Positions 29,201 to 39,907 are shown, counted from the stretch's first letter. The stretch: 59,764 nt of DNA from Thermoproteota archaeon (GCA_032249315.1 JAVVGB010000002.1:1-59764), one strand, 5' to 3'. Notes: generated by a model not told the origin, from the sequence alone. Made by a program: numbers and translations.

Positions 29201-29416
29201 TTGGATTTAAAAATTACAGATAAAATTTCAATTTACATTAATACTCCTTCAGAAGAAGAGAAAGAAATGCTGAAACTTCAGATAAATTACATATTAACAG
29301 AAACACAAGGTTTAAGTATAGAATTTAAGGCAAAGGAAGAAATCGAAGGAGATTTAATAAAAGAGTGGGAAATCGATGATGAAACATATTTAATAGGTAT
29401 AAAAAAGTTTATTTAA
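26255..29416 (+). CDS. ileS: isoleucyl-tRNA synthetase
   Basis: 1053 aa. Motifs: GPPYVTNPIHVGTAWNK, WCPRCETVLAGYEV, WTTTPWTLPSN, GRAMHKSLGNVI. Confidence 0.93.
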   Translation: MIKELPKNYDPNKIEEEVFKLWETNEIYKKIKEKNKGKEKFYFLDGPPYVTNPIHVGTAWNKIIKDSYLRFYRMKGYDVWDIPGYDMHGLPIEVQVEQKLNFKTKKDIENYGIGNFINQCREYALKNLKIQENQFKNLGVLMDWDHPYMTITNEYIEGVWFFIKKAYEKGLLYKGVQVVHWCPRCETVLAGYEVTDVYRIKEDPSLYVKFKLKDEDAYLLVWTTTPWTLPSNVAVSVNPNETYIYALTPNNEKVILAKKRKEEVEKETGIKLTVLKEISGKELGGKIYINPLSEYLKIQREIEHKVILSEEYVSMLEGTGLVHNAPGHGKEDFELGQRYNLPILSPVDNNGRFTEEVERYKGLYIFEANEKIIEDLEKLNAVFYVGKISHRYPHCWRCKTPLILRLSEQWFIDVPKIKEKLIEEALKTEWVPNFALENRFLPWLRGAHEWAISRQRYWGIPLPIWICSHCKNIIVIGSIQELIANSVNLLEPKKIDLHRPWIDNVEIKCNKCGNIAKRIPDVLDVWGDSGAASWASLNYPSKSENFEKLFPADLIIEGLDQTRGWFYTLLVTSVIAFERAPYKRVIMHGWSLDETGRAMHKSLGNVINPEEVIPKYGRDALRVYELMNTTWEDLKFSLRGLQEVFKMLNIIWNTYYFASLYMSLDKFNPLEFKDFNYLELEDLWLLEKLEAVKKNVTESFEKLSDFIGLKILLDFILNDISRWYIRIIRRRVWIEKEDPSKNAAYYALFKALFESLILLSPYAPFITEYIYQFFAKDLYKAESIHLLSWPSYKEANIKILNEMEIIREIVSSSFALRMKKGIKVRKPIKRIIFATNNKETIDIIQSYSKLLKDQLNVKELEIMSEEKAKDAFMVYNIKLNYAKAGPILKEKIKEVEKAIQSSDPKKILKELKEKGEVEINISSGSVKINSEMLSVTENVREEFYYIETKYGILFTDFTTTVELESESLAREIIRRIQVMRKILDLKITDKISIYINTPSEEEKEMLKLQINYILTETQGLSIEFKAKEEIEGDLIKEWEIDDETYLIGIKKFI

Positions 29417-29438
29417 ATATGCTTTCATTTAAGTAAAT

Positions 29439-30320
29439 ATGTACGGCGCTGTTATTGGAAGCGAATCTTCTCCTTCGTATACAAGCTTATGCTTCTTAAA
29501 AGAAATGAAAAGAAGAAATTATCATGCTTATTATTTAAATATAGATAAGTTTGCATGTGAAATTAGAGACGGAGGTGTTACTGTAACGTATGCTGGTAAA
29601 CCATTAAATAAAATTGATTTTTTTATTTTAAGAAGCATCGGATCTTCATTAAGTGCTGAAAAACTGGAATATAGAATAAATTTATTACATAATATAGAAA
29701 AAATGGGTAAGCTTGTAGTAAACCCTATAAATGCTTTCATGAAAGCGAGAAATAAATTTGTTTCTTTAAGTATTTTGGCTTCAAAAAAAATAAAAGTGCC
29801 TGAAACTTTAATTACAGAAAATGAGTTCTTAGCTTATGAATTTATTAAAAGAAATAAAAAGTGTGTAATTAAACCTCTTATGGGTTCACGAGGAATAGGA
29901 AGTTTTTTAGCAGAAGACCCAGACATTGGTTTTAGAATGTTATCTCAACTTAAAGAAAAAGGTTATACACTTTATTTACAAAAATATATTAACAAACCTA
30001 ATAGAGATTTAAGAATTATCGTCGTTGGAGACACTATTATTGGAGCAATAGCAAGAGAATCAAGCTATTGGAAAACAAATATCTACCAAGGAGCCAAAGA
30101 AATTAAAATAGAAGTACCTAAAGAATTAGAAAAACTATCTATAACAATAAATAAAGAACTAGGATTATATTATAGTGGCATAGATATAGCAGAAGAGAAT
30201 AACGAATATTATATATTAGAAGTTAATGCTTCTCCTTTATGGCACGGTTTTCAAAGAGCAACAGGTATCAATCCAGCTGTAAGCATAATAGATCTAATTG
30301 AAAAAATATTAAAAACTTGA
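29439..30320 (+). CDS. ATP-grasp enzyme of the RimK/LysX family
   Basis: 293 aa. Motifs: VIKPLMGSRGIG, LYLQKYI, RIIVVGD, LEVNASP. Confidence 0.75.
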   Translation: MYGAVIGSESSPSYTSLCFLKEMKRRNYHAYYLNIDKFACEIRDGGVTVTYAGKPLNKIDFFILRSIGSSLSAEKLEYRINLLHNIEKMGKLVVNPINAFMKARNKFVSLSILASKKIKVPETLITENEFLAYEFIKRNKKCVIKPLMGSRGIGSFLAEDPDIGFRMLSQLKEKGYTLYLQKYINKPNRDLRIIVVGDTIIGAIARESSYWKTNIYQGAKEIKIEVPKELEKLSITINKELGLYYSGIDIAEENNEYYILEVNASPLWHGFQRATGINPAVSIIDLIEKILKT

Positions 30321-30395
30321 TGATGAAAAAAGGAAAATTTTTTGATTTATCATCAAACTCACCTTTTTAAATAGACATTTTGAGAGTATTAACAA

Positions 30396-30716
30396 ATGGA
30401 CTATACATTATATATTACAAACGCAATAATCTGGATACTAGTATTCGTATTAGTAGGAGTTACATTACAAAAGAAAATAGGAGTATTAGGTTTCACATTT
30501 GCAATGGGAGGTAGCTTAGCAGTATTATTTTCAATATTGCAAGACGCCTATTATTTAGGCCCTACAATTTTAACTATATTCCCATTTAACGTTTATACAT
30601 CTACTTTTACGTTATTTAATCCAATATTGATATCTGTAGTACTATATGTAACAGCCTTCTTAGTTTCTTTCGTTATCGAAAGAGAAATATACAAACAAAC
30701 TGCCCCAAAGTATTAA
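30396..30716 (+). CDS. small integral membrane protein (3 TM)
   Basis: 106 aa with three hydrophobic segments. Confidence 0.45.
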   Translation: MDYTLYITNAIIWILVFVLVGVTLQKKIGVLGFTFAMGGSLAVLFSILQDAYYLGPTILTIFPFNVYTSTFTLFNPILISVVLYVTAFLVSFVIEREIYKQTAPKY

Positions 30717-30752
30717 AAATATTTTTTTATTTTTTATATTTTAACAATTTTT

Positions 30753-31994
30753 ATGGAATACAAAGTCAAAGATATTCAGATTTACGATAAAGGAGAACAG
30801 GATTTAGATTGGGCTGAAACAAGAATGTCTGTATTAAGATTAATTAAAGAAGAATTTGAAAAGGAAAAACCTTTAAAAAATTTAAAAATAGCCGCATGTT
30901 TACACGTTACAAAAGAAACAGGAGTTTTAGTTCAAGTTTTAAAAGCAGGAGGGGCTGAGGTTTATTTAGCAGGCTCCAACCCTTTATCTACTCAGGATCA
31001 TGTCGCAGCTGCTTTAGTTAAAAGAGGGATTCATGTTTTTGCATGGAGAGGAGAGACTGAAGAAGAATATTATTGGTGTTTAGAAAAAATACTTGAAATA
31101 AACCCAGACATTACAATGGACGATGGAGCTGATTTGACAGCTTTAGCTCATAAAAAAAGCATTAAAGCTACAGGCGGGACGGAGGAAACAACCACAGGAG
31201 TTATAAGATTAAAATCTATGGAAGCTAAAAACGTTTTAAAATATCCAATAATAAGTGTTAACGATGCTTATACTAAATATCTTTTTGATAATAGATATGG
31301 AACTGGTCAAAGTACGTTAGATGGAATTATTAGAGCTACTTCTGCATTGCTAGCAGGAAAAACAATAGTGATTGCTGGTTATGGTTGGGTAGGTAAAGGT
31401 TTAGCTTTAAGATCTAAAGGAATGGGGGCTAATGTAATAGTTACAGAAGTCGATCCAATAAAAGCTCTTGAAGCGGTAATGGAAGGATATAGAGTAATGA
31501 AATTAGAAGACGCTGCTAAAGAAGGAGATATATTCATAACAGCGACAGGTGATATAAATGTAATAAGAAAAGAACATATGTTAAAAATGAAAGACGGTGC
31601 AATACTTGCAAACACTGGTCATTTTAACGTTGAAATTTCCTTACCTGATTTAAAATCCATAGCTATTTCTGAAAGAAAGGTTAGAGAATATGTAACAGAA
31701 TATACTTTAATTAACGGTAAAAAACTTTATTTGCTTGCTGAAGGAAGGCTTGTAAATTTAGTTTGTGCTGAAGGCCATCCTTCAGATGTCATGGATCTTT
31801 CATTTTCTTTACAAGCTTTATCTGTAAAGTATTTAAAAGAAAAAGGAAGAGATTTGGAAGTTAAAGTTCATAAGGTTCCTTATGAAATAGATAGACAAGT
31901 AGCTTTATTGAAACTTAAAACAATGAATATAGAGATCGATAATTTAACAGAAGAACAAGCTAATTATTTAAAAAGCTGGGAATTAGGAACTTAA
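30753..31994 (+). CDS. ahcY: S-adenosyl-L-homocysteine hydrolase
   Basis: 413 aa. Motifs: [38 protein letters not shown]. Confidence 0.93.
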   Translation: MEYKVKDIQIYDKGEQDLDWAETRMSVLRLIKEEFEKEKPLKNLKIAACLHVTKETGVLVQVLKAGGAEVYLAGSNPLSTQDHVAAALVKRGIHVFAWRGETEEEYYWCLEKILEINPDITMDDGADLTALAHKKSIKATGGTEETTTGVIRLKSMEAKNVLKYPIISVNDAYTKYLFDNRYGTGQSTLDGIIRATSALLAGKTIVIAGYGWVGKGLALRSKGMGANVIVTEVDPIKALEAVMEGYRVMKLEDAAKEGDIFITATGDINVIRKEHMLKMKDGAILANTGHFNVEISLPDLKSIAISERKVREYVTEYTLINGKKLYLLAEGRLVNLVCAEGHPSDVMDLSFSLQALSVKYLKEKGRDLEVKVHKVPYEIDRQVALLKLKTMNIEIDNLTEEQANYLKSWELGT

Positions 31995-33878
31995 AATACT
32001 GCTTATTTTACTTTTTAAAATTTCAGCAACTAAAGATGCATCAGCTTTTCCTCTAACATTGCTCATAATTATCTTCATAGCTAAATCAAAAGCTTTATTT
32101 TTGTCCTTAATTAAGTCATTGTATCTTTCTTTTATTACATTCTCTACAATTTTTTCTATTTGACTTCGATCCAAAATTTCTAATCCTAATTTTTTAATAG
32201 CATAATCTATATCTACGCTTGGATTCTGGGTAAAAAACTTTAAAATAGGTTCGATAGCTTCTTTAGTTATTTTACCTTCTTTTAAGGCTGTAAAAATCTC
32301 AAGAAAATGTTTGTCAGTAAGATTATCAATGTTAATTCCACTTCTTTTTAGATATTTAGTTAATTGAGTAATAACAGTAGCAGCTAAAGAGGATTTTATT
32401 CCTATTTGTACAGCCTTTTCAAATATATCTTCAAATTGTGAATCAATTAATTCTTGTGCCAATTGAGGATTTAAACCATAATTCTTTTGTAAAAATACTA
32501 ATCTATCTTCAATAGTTGAAGGTAACTTTTGTTTTATTTTTTCAATAAAATCTTGAGTTATTATATAGGGCGGAATATCTGTTTCAGGATACATTCTTGC
32601 AGCTCCTGGTCGAGGTCTAGCATATCTAGTAGTTCCATCAACATGTGCAACTCTTGTTTCTTCAGGTATACCTTCAAAAGCATAATTTATTCTATCTACT
32701 AGAACTTTAATTGCTTCCTTACATTTTTCCTCTTCTCCAGCTACAATTATAAAAGCATCTTTACCTTTTTCCAATTTTGCAAAGGAATACATTAATTCGA
32801 CTTCATGTTCAGATATACCGTAAGAAGGAAGTTCATCACTATGAATTATTCCTTCCAATGATGTCCATGCTCTTACATAGTCTGCTAATTCAGAAGCAAA
32901 ACGTCTATTTGGATTTATTTCAAATTTTAAAAGACCATGCATATGCTTTAAAGGAAGCAGAAATACTTTTCCTCCTTTCTCTATTTTACTTTTAATTATT
33001 TTGCTTGAAGTATTATGCAACAATTCAGTTATATCTAAATATTCTAATTTTAATTTAGGAATTTTATTTTCGTTTAATATCTTTTTAAGTTCTAATAATT
33101 TAATTTGCCTTAAGACTTCATATTCTATTACCTTTGGTATTAAACCGAGTTCTTGTACACCTTTTATTTCAACTTTGCTACCTTGTTTTATAGATAAGTT
33201 TATATCTTGTCTAATTGTTCCTAAACCTCTTTTTACTTTTCCAGTACTTCTTAAAATTAAACCAATTTTATAAGCTACTCTTTTAGCTTGTTCAGGATCC
33301 GAAATATCTGGATTTGTTGCTATTTCTATTAAAGGTATACCTTGTCTATCTAAGCGATACACAACCTTTTCATGATCTTCATAAATTTTCCTTGAAGCAT
33401 CCTCTTCAACAGTTATAGATTGTATACCTATTTTTTCTTTTCCATCATAAATAAAACCTCCTAAAGCTAAAAGGGCTGTTCTTTGAAAACCTGTAGTATT
33501 GCTACCATCAATAACTTCTTTTCTCATAACATGTATCTCTTCTAAGATATTGCTATTTAAAAGCAAAGCACAAATTGTTGCTATTTCGATGGCCTCTTCA
33601 TTTATACTATGTGGAGGTTCTTCATCAAGTTCAACTAAGCAACTGGCTTCTTTAACTGCTTGATATACATAATATCTATTCCTTTTAAATTCCATTAAAG
33701 CAGCAGGATCAACTTCTCCTAGCTCACTTTCTGTAGGCCTAAGTTTCCTTATGACTTCATACAAAATTTCTTCTTCTAGCTTATTTTTACAAGAACAGAA
33801 TAATTTATTCTTTGTATCAAGTTGTTGATGAATCTCAAGGCCAACCTTTAACCCGAGTTCTTTATAATCTTTATTCAT
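31983..33878 (-). CDS. gatE: Glu-tRNA(Gln) amidotransferase subunit E
   Basis: 631 aa. [18 protein letters not shown] start. ATGA overlap with gatD. Confidence 0.92.
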   Translation of the reverse strand: MNKDYKELGLKVGLEIHQQLDTKNKLFCSCKNKLEEEILYEVIRKLRPTESELGEVDPAALMEFKRNRYYVYQAVKEASCLVELDEEPPHSINEEAIEIATICALLLNSNILEEIHVMRKEVIDGSNTTGFQRTALLALGGFIYDGKEKIGIQSITVEEDASRKIYEDHEKVVYRLDRQGIPLIEIATNPDISDPEQAKRVAYKIGLILRSTGKVKRGLGTIRQDINLSIKQGSKVEIKGVQELGLIPKVIEYEVLRQIKLLELKKILNENKIPKLKLEYLDITELLHNTSSKIIKSKIEKGGKVFLLPLKHMHGLLKFEINPNRRFASELADYVRAWTSLEGIIHSDELPSYGISEHEVELMYSFAKLEKGKDAFIIVAGEEEKCKEAIKVLVDRINYAFEGIPEETRVAHVDGTTRYARPRPGAARMYPETDIPPYIITQDFIEKIKQKLPSTIEDRLVFLQKNYGLNPQLAQELIDSQFEDIFEKAVQIGIKSSLAATVITQLTKYLKRSGINIDNLTDKHFLEIFTALKEGKITKEAIEPILKFFTQNPSVDIDYAIKKLGLEILDRSQIEKIVENVIKERYNDLIKDKNKAFDLAMKIIMSNVRGKADASLVAEILKSKISSILSS

Positions 33879-35185
33879 ATTGTTCGTTGAGAAATTTCAC
33901 CAGCTATATTTTTCAAGAATAATTCCTTAGCAGATTCTAGATCTTTAGCATTACCTAAACTCCACATCATCTTAACCAATGCTGTCTCAGGAAACATATC
34001 TTCTGCTCCAATAACACCTGCTTTTAATAACAATCTTCCTTTTTCATAAACATGCATATTTACCCTTCCGTATAAACACTGCGAAGACATTGCTACCAAT
34101 AAACCTTTTTCTATAGCATATTTTATAGCTTCAATAATTTTGAAAGGAACATGACCTAGTCCTGTACCTTCAATTAAAATTCCTTTATAACCTCTTTCAA
34201 TTAAAAAATAAATTATTTCATCATTCATCGAAGGAAATACTTTTAAAGGAAATACTTTTTCTTCAAATTTATTATATATTTGAATAACACGATTAGGATC
34301 CCTTTCTAAAAGTCCTTCTGTATCTATATAAATAATTTCATTATCAAATATTTTTGCTACAGGATAAGCGTTTATAGATTTAAAAGCATCTCTAGCACTT
34401 GTATGCATTTTTCTAACCCTCGTCCCACGGTAAGCATGACAATAATTATCAGAAATTGTGGAATGCATTACCACATATACTCCGCTATATTTAGATTTAT
34501 ACGAAAAAAATAAAGAATGTTTTAAATTTAATGCTGCATCCGAGGAAGGCCTATCAAGACTTCTTTGAGCGCCTACTAAAACTATAGGATGAGAAAGGTT
34601 TTGTAAAGAGAAACTTAAAGCAGCTGCAGTGTATCCTAAAGTATCTGTTCCATGAGCAACTATTATACCTTGTGAGCCATTTTTAAATTCATTATATATT
34701 GTTTCAGATAACTGCTCCCAATGATGAACAGTCATATCTTCGCTAAATATTTTAAAAAGTTCAATCATGTTTATTTTAAGATCTTCACGATATTCTTCAA
34801 CTAATTTTATTAAATCTTCTACATTAAAAGAAGGCTTTACAGCCCCTGTTTTATAATCTATTTTACTTAATATTGTACCTCCTGTACCAATGAAAGATAT
34901 TTTTATTTTATTTTTTATTTCTTCTTGTTCAACTTTTACAAATGTAGCTTCACTTTTTGAATATTTATTAATTAATTTGATCTCCAAGCTAGGTTTATAC
35001 CTAATACCAACATTGTAACCATTACTAAGTTTGATTGTTATATAATTAGGATCAAAGATCTCATATCTTGGCATCAATAATCCTTCATAAGTGATATTAT
35101 TATCTTTAATAAGAATTAAATCACCAATATCTATGTTAAATTTTTCTAATGTTTCTCTAACTTTTCCACTATAACCTTCTAACAT
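33875..35185 (-). CDS. gatD: Glu-tRNA(Gln) amidotransferase subunit D (asparaginase-like)
   Basis: 436 aa. Asparaginase motifs GTGGTI and HGTDTLGYTAAALSF. Confidence 0.92.
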   Translation of the reverse strand: MLEGYSGKVRETLEKFNIDIGDLILIKDNNITYEGLLMPRYEIFDPNYITIKLSNGYNVGIRYKPSLEIKLINKYSKSEATFVKVEQEEIKNKIKISFIGTGGTILSKIDYKTGAVKPSFNVEDLIKLVEEYREDLKINMIELFKIFSEDMTVHHWEQLSETIYNEFKNGSQGIIVAHGTDTLGYTAAALSFSLQNLSHPIVLVGAQRSLDRPSSDAALNLKHSLFFSYKSKYSGVYVVMHSTISDNYCHAYRGTRVRKMHTSARDAFKSINAYPVAKIFDNEIIYIDTEGLLERDPNRVIQIYNKFEEKVFPLKVFPSMNDEIIYFLIERGYKGILIEGTGLGHVPFKIIEAIKYAIEKGLLVAMSSQCLYGRVNMHVYEKGRLLLKAGVIGAEDMFPETALVKMMWSLGNAKDLESAKELFLKNIAGEISQRTI

Positions 35186-35217
35186 TAATTTTAAAATAAA
35201 AAATAATGCCTAAAAGA

Positions 35218-35394
35218 TTATACTTTCTCTTGAACAGGTACTGCTTGAGTAGCTAATTTGGGATAAATTATGCGTTTGTAATATTTTGCTCTCAAATGTT
35301 TTCTAGGATGAGGATTTGTTTTAGGCTTAGGAGGAATCTTAGGAGTAGCCATTCTTACTTTACCAGCTTTAGTTAAACTACCATGGGATGGCAT
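35218..35394 (-). CDS. rps30e: 30S ribosomal protein S30e
   Basis: Not in the ORF track (58 aa). My translation is [71 protein letters not shown] is the S30e hallmark. Confidence 0.8.
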   Translation of the reverse strand: MPSHGSLTKAGKVRMATPKIPPKPKTNPHPRKHLRAKYYKRIIYPKLATQAVPVQEKV

Positions 35395-35421
35395 ACAATA
35401 TTATAATGTAAGTAAGAACTA

Positions 35422-35491
35422 TTTAAAAATTAAGATAATTTTCTCTGTTCTAAAAGATACAGGCTTTCATTTTAAAAATTAAGATAATTTT
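35422..35491. promoter_or_regulatory. divergent promoter region carrying two exact 21-nt direct repeats that each contain a TATA-like TTTAAAAA box
   Basis: TTTAAAAATTAAGATAATTTT occurs at 35422-35442 and again at 35471-35491. Copy 1 lies ~28 nt from the rps30e ATG. Copy 2 lies ~45 nt upstream of the nop5 GTG. Confidence 0.5.
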
Positions 35492-35518
35492 TAATTTACA
35501 AAAAATTAAAAATTATAA

Positions 35519-36676
35519 GTGTACTTAATATTTACTGCTTTAGGTTATTTAGCTATAGAAGAAACTGGTAATGTAAAAAGTTATAAAAGTCTTTCCTTTG
35601 AGGAAGCAATAGAAGAAAATTCAAAATTAGAAAAGGGAGAATTTACAGAAACTTTAAAATTGTTTGTTAATCAGGTTGATAAAAAAACTGAGTTGAAAAC
35701 CGTCGATGATAAAATATTCAATGTATTGGTAAAAAATAAATATAAAGCCAAGCTTGTTGAGGAACCAAAGATAATAATTTTTCTACAAAAAAAAGCCAAA
35801 GAATATTTGATAAAGGAAAAGAAGCTAAGCGAAGAAGAATACTATAATCTGCTCAGAAGTTTTTCTACAGAAATAACAAAAATAAGAATAAAAGAAGAAC
35901 AGCAAAGAAGAGATAAGATAATAATTCAAATTATTGAAGGAATTGACGAATTAAACAAAACAATTAATATATTAGTAGGAAGATTAGTAGAATGGTATGG
36001 TTTGTATTTTCCAGAATTATATAACATTTTAAAAGATAATGAAAGATTTGTTGACTTAATAATAAAAGAACCGAACAGATTCAATATAAACGAAGAAATT
36101 TTAACCAAATTAGGATATTCAGAAAAAGTTTCTGAAAAAATAATAGAAGCTTCAATCAAATCAGCAGGAGCAGATTTTGATGAAAAAGATTTAAATGCGA
36201 TAAGAAATTTTGCCGAAAAAATAAAACATCTTTACGAGGAAAATAGAAGGTTAGAAAAATACTTAGATGAGCTTATGAAAGAAATTGCTCCAAATCTTGA
36301 ATCAATTGCAGGAGCTACCATAGGAGCTAGACTTATTGCTAAAAGCGGTGGTTTAAAGGAATTAGCAAATTTACCTGCTAGTACAATTCAAGTTTTAGGT
36401 GCAGAAAAAGCTTTATTTAAACATTTAAAGTACGGTACAAAACCTCCAAAACATGGTATACTCTTTCAGCATCCTTTAGTTCATAGCGCTCCTAAATGGC
36501 AAAGAGGGAAAATAGCAAGGTTATTGGCAAATAAAATATCTATCGCTGCAAGAGCAGATTATTTTAGTCAAAAGGATATAAGAGATATTCTTAGAAGAGA
36601 TATAGATAAAAGAGTAGAAATGATAAAGAAACTATACGCAGAACCGCCTAAAATTAAAAAGAAAAAGAAAACATAA
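35519..36676 (+). CDS. nop5: C/D box RNP protein Nop5 (Nop56/58)
   Basis: 385 aa with a GTG start. Contains LVEWYGLYFPEL and GAEKALFKHL...PKHGILFQHP, with a KKKKK tail. Precedes fibrillarin. Confidence 0.9.
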   Translation: MYLIFTALGYLAIEETGNVKSYKSLSFEEAIEENSKLEKGEFTETLKLFVNQVDKKTELKTVDDKIFNVLVKNKYKAKLVEEPKIIIFLQKKAKEYLIKEKKLSEEEYYNLLRSFSTEITKIRIKEEQQRRDKIIIQIIEGIDELNKTINILVGRLVEWYGLYFPELYNILKDNERFVDLIIKEPNRFNINEEILTKLGYSEKVSEKIIEASIKSAGADFDEKDLNAIRNFAEKIKHLYEENRRLEKYLDELMKEIAPNLESIAGATIGARLIAKSGGLKELANLPASTIQVLGAEKALFKHLKYGTKPPKHGILFQHPLVHSAPKWQRGKIARLLANKISIAARADYFSQKDIRDILRRDIDKRVEMIKKLYAEPPKIKKKKKT

Positions 36677-36684
36677 AATAAACA

Positions 36685-37368
36685 ATGATCAAACCTCACG
36701 AAAAATTTGAAGAGGTATATTGGGCATATTTAGAAGATGGAAGTAAATCTTTAGCAACAAAAAATCTTGTTCCAGGAATAAAAGTTTATGATGAAAAGCT
36801 TATAAATTATATGAATGTTGAATATAGACTTTGGAATCCCTATAGAAGTAAACTTGCAGCAGCAATTTTAAATGGTCTCAAAGAATTACCAATAAAGCCT
36901 TCTACAAAAGTATTGTATTTAGGTTCAGCTACAGGAACTACAGTAAGTCATGTTTCAGATATTGTAGGAGAAAAGGGAATAATTTATGCTGTAGATATAG
37001 CTCCTCGAGTTATGAGAGAATTTCTTACAAAATGTGCTCAACATAGGAAAAATATAATTCCTGTATTAGCAGATGCTAGAAAACCCAAGTCTTATTATAA
37101 TATAGTTGATGAAGTTGATGTAATTTATACAGATATAGCTCAGCCTCAACAAGCTGCTGTTGTAATAGCTAATAGTGAATTTTATTTAAAAAAAGGAGGA
37201 AAGATTCTATTTATAATTAAAGCAATGAGTATAGATGTGACGCAGAAAGCGGATATTACATTCCAAATGGAAATAAATGAATTAAAAAATAGCGGATTTA
37301 ACATTATTCAAACTTTAAATTTGGAACCATACGACATAGATCATGCATTAGTTTTAGCCAGTTATTGA
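36685..37368 (+). CDS. flpA: fibrillarin (rRNA/tRNA 2'-O-methyltransferase)
   Basis: 227 aa. Motifs: YRLWNPYRSKLAAAI, VLYLGSATGTTVSHVSD, DIAQPQQA. Confidence 0.93.
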   Translation: MIKPHEKFEEVYWAYLEDGSKSLATKNLVPGIKVYDEKLINYMNVEYRLWNPYRSKLAAAILNGLKELPIKPSTKVLYLGSATGTTVSHVSDIVGEKGIIYAVDIAPRVMREFLTKCAQHRKNIIPVLADARKPKSYYNIVDEVDVIYTDIAQPQQAAVVIANSEFYLKKGGKILFIIKAMSIDVTQKADITFQMEINELKNSGFNIIQTLNLEPYDIDHALVLASY

Positions 37369-37447
37369 CCAAATTTTTAAATATTCTTAAACATAATTCA
37401 AGAAGAAGATATTTAGAAGGGTATAAACCTTGAAAGAGATATAAAGT

Positions 37448-38110
37448 TTAAAGTTCAGGTTTATAATGAGAGTTAAATTTAAATAAACCATTTTCTTCAA
37501 TGAGTTTCCTATATGTTTTCCAGCTTTTTCTTACTTCCTCAGGTATCTCACCTTTAGATACTTTTTCTTTAAGAAAATTAATTGTTCTAATGTCTGAAGT
37601 GTATCCCGAACCGAAGTTTCCATATTTTTCGTACATTTTTCTTATTTCTCTATCTCTTTCCACTTTTGCTAAAATTGAAGCTGCTGAAACTTGTACATAC
37701 TTTTTATCTGCTTTTATTTCACAAACAACATTTTTTGTATCGATAAATTTATTCAAAGTTTTTAAAAAGGAGCTTGGATCATTTTGAGGAGAATCTATAT
37801 AATAAATTTCTGCTTTAACTTTCTTTATTATTTCAGCTATATATTTAGCTTCAAGTTTAATTAATTTTAAACCAGAGAAAATGGCATTATCTATTTCTGA
37901 AGGAGAAATTTTTATTATATGATAAGTTTCAGCTAAATCTTTGATTTTTTGATAAAGTTCCTCACGTTTAATAGGAGACAAAGTTTTAGAATCTCTTACT
38001 CCTATTTCAGTTAATTTGATAAGAACTCCTTCTTTAAAGCTTACACCTGCGATTACCATAGGTCCTATAATAGGCCCACGACCAGCCTCATCAATACCGC
38101 AAACAATCAT
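37448..38110 (-). CDS. rnhB: ribonuclease HII
   Basis: 220 aa. Motifs: CGIDEAGRGPIIGPMVIAG, VRDSKTLS, ASILAKV. Confidence 0.9.
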   Translation of the reverse strand: MIVCGIDEAGRGPIIGPMVIAGVSFKEGVLIKLTEIGVRDSKTLSPIKREELYQKIKDLAETYHIIKISPSEIDNAIFSGLKLIKLEAKYIAEIIKKVKAEIYYIDSPQNDPSSFLKTLNKFIDTKNVVCEIKADKKYVQVSAASILAKVERDREIRKMYEKYGNFGSGYTSDIRTINFLKEKVSKGEIPEEVRKSWKTYRKLIEENGLFKFNSHYKPEL

Positions 38111-38135
38111 AATTTAGAAATACAATACATATTAT

Positions 38136-39236
38136 ATGAAAGTATTTGAGGAAGGAAAAGCAAAAATATACGTTTTTGAGAATGTGTTTTATAATCCTTT
38201 AGCTAAATTATCAAGAGATGTTGGAGTTGCTTTTTTAGCTGAAATAAGTAAGTTAATGAAAAGAAGATTAAAAGTTTGTGAGCCATTAGCTGCTACAGGT
38301 GTTAGAGCAATAAGATATTTTTTAGAAAGTAATGCAATAGAAAGAATAACAATTAACGATGTACTGCCTGTAGCCTACGATAATATTATAAAAAATTTAG
38401 AGCTGAATAAAATTGAAAAAAATGTACAAATTTTTTGTAAAGATGCCAATTTATTATTAAATGAGAATGCTAAGAAAGGAAGTAGATTCGATTTCATAGA
38501 TATCGATCCTTATGGTTCTCCTATGCCCTTTATACAATCAGCAACAAGAGCTTTAGCACATAAGGGTTATTTAGCAATAACAGCTACAGATACCGCTGCT
38601 TTATGCGGTGTAGCAATAAAAGCATGTATTAGAAAATACATGGCTATTCCTTTGAGAAATGAATTTATGAATGAAGTAGGATTAAGAATATTGATCGGAG
38701 CTGCTATAAAAAATGCTGCAATAAATGAAGTAGCTTTAGAACCTGTCTTGGCTCATTCAACAATGCATTACATGCGGATTTATTTAAGATACTATGTTAG
38801 CTCTAGGAAAACCGATGAAATTTTAGAGAAAATGGGTTACTTATTATATTGTTTTAATTGTTTATGGAGAGAATCTTATGCCAGCTTAAAACCAAATTTT
38901 GAAAGAAATTGTCCTTTATGTGGTAATAGAATAGAAATGGCTGGTCCTTTATGGTTAGGAAATTTTGTAGATAAAGAAATTGCAAGAGGAATGATAAATT
39001 TTGGAATAAAAGAAGTAAGCGAATTATGTTCAATATTAATAGAAGAGGACGATTTGCCACCATTTTACTATAATCTAGATGCTATAAGTAGCAAGCTTAA
39101 AGCGTCAAGCCCGAAAGTATCAATAGTTATTGAAAGATTGAAAAGTTTAGGATTTAAAGTAAGCAGAACACACTTTTCGCCTAAAGGTATAAGGACAAAC
39201 GCTACAATTAAAGAAATAAAGGAAATAATAAAATAA
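38136..39236 (+). CDS. trm1: tRNA (guanine26-N2)-dimethyltransferase Trm1
   Basis: 366 aa. Motifs: EPLAATGVRAIRY, IDIDPYGSP, and the Cys cluster CFNC...CPLCG. Confidence 0.9.
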   Translation: MKVFEEGKAKIYVFENVFYNPLAKLSRDVGVAFLAEISKLMKRRLKVCEPLAATGVRAIRYFLESNAIERITINDVLPVAYDNIIKNLELNKIEKNVQIFCKDANLLLNENAKKGSRFDFIDIDPYGSPMPFIQSATRALAHKGYLAITATDTAALCGVAIKACIRKYMAIPLRNEFMNEVGLRILIGAAIKNAAINEVALEPVLAHSTMHYMRIYLRYYVSSRKTDEILEKMGYLLYCFNCLWRESYASLKPNFERNCPLCGNRIEMAGPLWLGNFVDKEIARGMINFGIKEVSELCSILIEEDDLPPFYYNLDAISSKLKASSPKVSIVIERLKSLGFKVSRTHFSPKGIRTNATIKEIKEIIK

Positions 39237-39272
39237 ATTTAATAAATCATTTTAAACAAATTTTTTATTGGA

Positions 39273-39344
39273 GCCGGGTTGGCAGAGTGGCTATGCGGCG
39301 GCCTGCAGAGCCGCATCACGGGGGTTCGAATCCCTCACCCGGCT
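39273..39344 (+). tRNA. tRNA-Cys (GCA), intron-less
   Basis: Hand fold. Acceptor GCCGGGT/ACCCGGC. Anticodon stem GCGGC/GCCGC with loop CTGCAGA. T arm GGGGG-TTCGAAT-CCCTC. Length 72 nt, no encoded CCA. Confidence 0.9.
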
Positions 39345-39416
39345 TTTATATTCAAAACATTTGCATAAACGTTCAAGAAATCAAATTTTATATTATAAGT
39401 AAAAAATTATTAATTT

Positions 39417-39836
39417 ATGCAAAGGAATAAGACTATTTTAGCTACGAGTTTAATAGTAATATTAGTTGCAATATCTGTAATAGCAATATATAATGTAGGC
39501 AATCAGATTATTAAAGCTCAAACACCACAACTAAATGAAAAAGATATTACAATTAGTTTATCAAAGAGAATAGAAAAATATCGCGAAAATATTACCACAC
39601 AAAACGATGGACAATGGAGCGTGACAATTAAAAGTTTAAATGGAAAAATTAAAGCAATAGCAATCCATATAGTAAATCTTGATAATTGGAGAAGCCATTC
39701 TACAAAATGGGTTAAATTAGATCCAAGCGTAGGAGATTCATTTACAGTTAATTTGCCAGCTGGTAAATATAGATTAATAATCCGCGTTGCAGGTCAAGTA
39801 GGCTCTACAATTACTGTAACATTAGTTTACCCATAA
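39417..39836 (+). CDS. N-terminally anchored/secreted small beta-rich hypothetical protein
   Basis: 139 aa. One N-terminal hydrophobic helix, then alternating beta-strand-like sequence. Confidence 0.5.
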   Translation: MQRNKTILATSLIVILVAISVIAIYNVGNQIIKAQTPQLNEKDITISLSKRIEKYRENITTQNDGQWSVTIKSLNGKIKAIAIHIVNLDNWRSHSTKWVKLDPSVGDSFTVNLPAGKYRLIIRVAGQVGSTITVTLVYP

Positions 39837-39907
39837 ATTACAAGCCTATTATCTAAGAAAGCCAGCACCAAATACATCAATTTATTTTTTTCTTATTTTT
39901 ATTTTTT

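Noticed and set aside
30311-30362. C/D box sRNA candidate (ATGATGA at 30319-30325) after the ATP-grasp gene
   Set aside because: No CTGA D or D' box is present on either strand. The region is better explained as an 8-bp hairpin TTGATGAT/ATCATCAA with an A/T-rich loop at the gene's 3' end.
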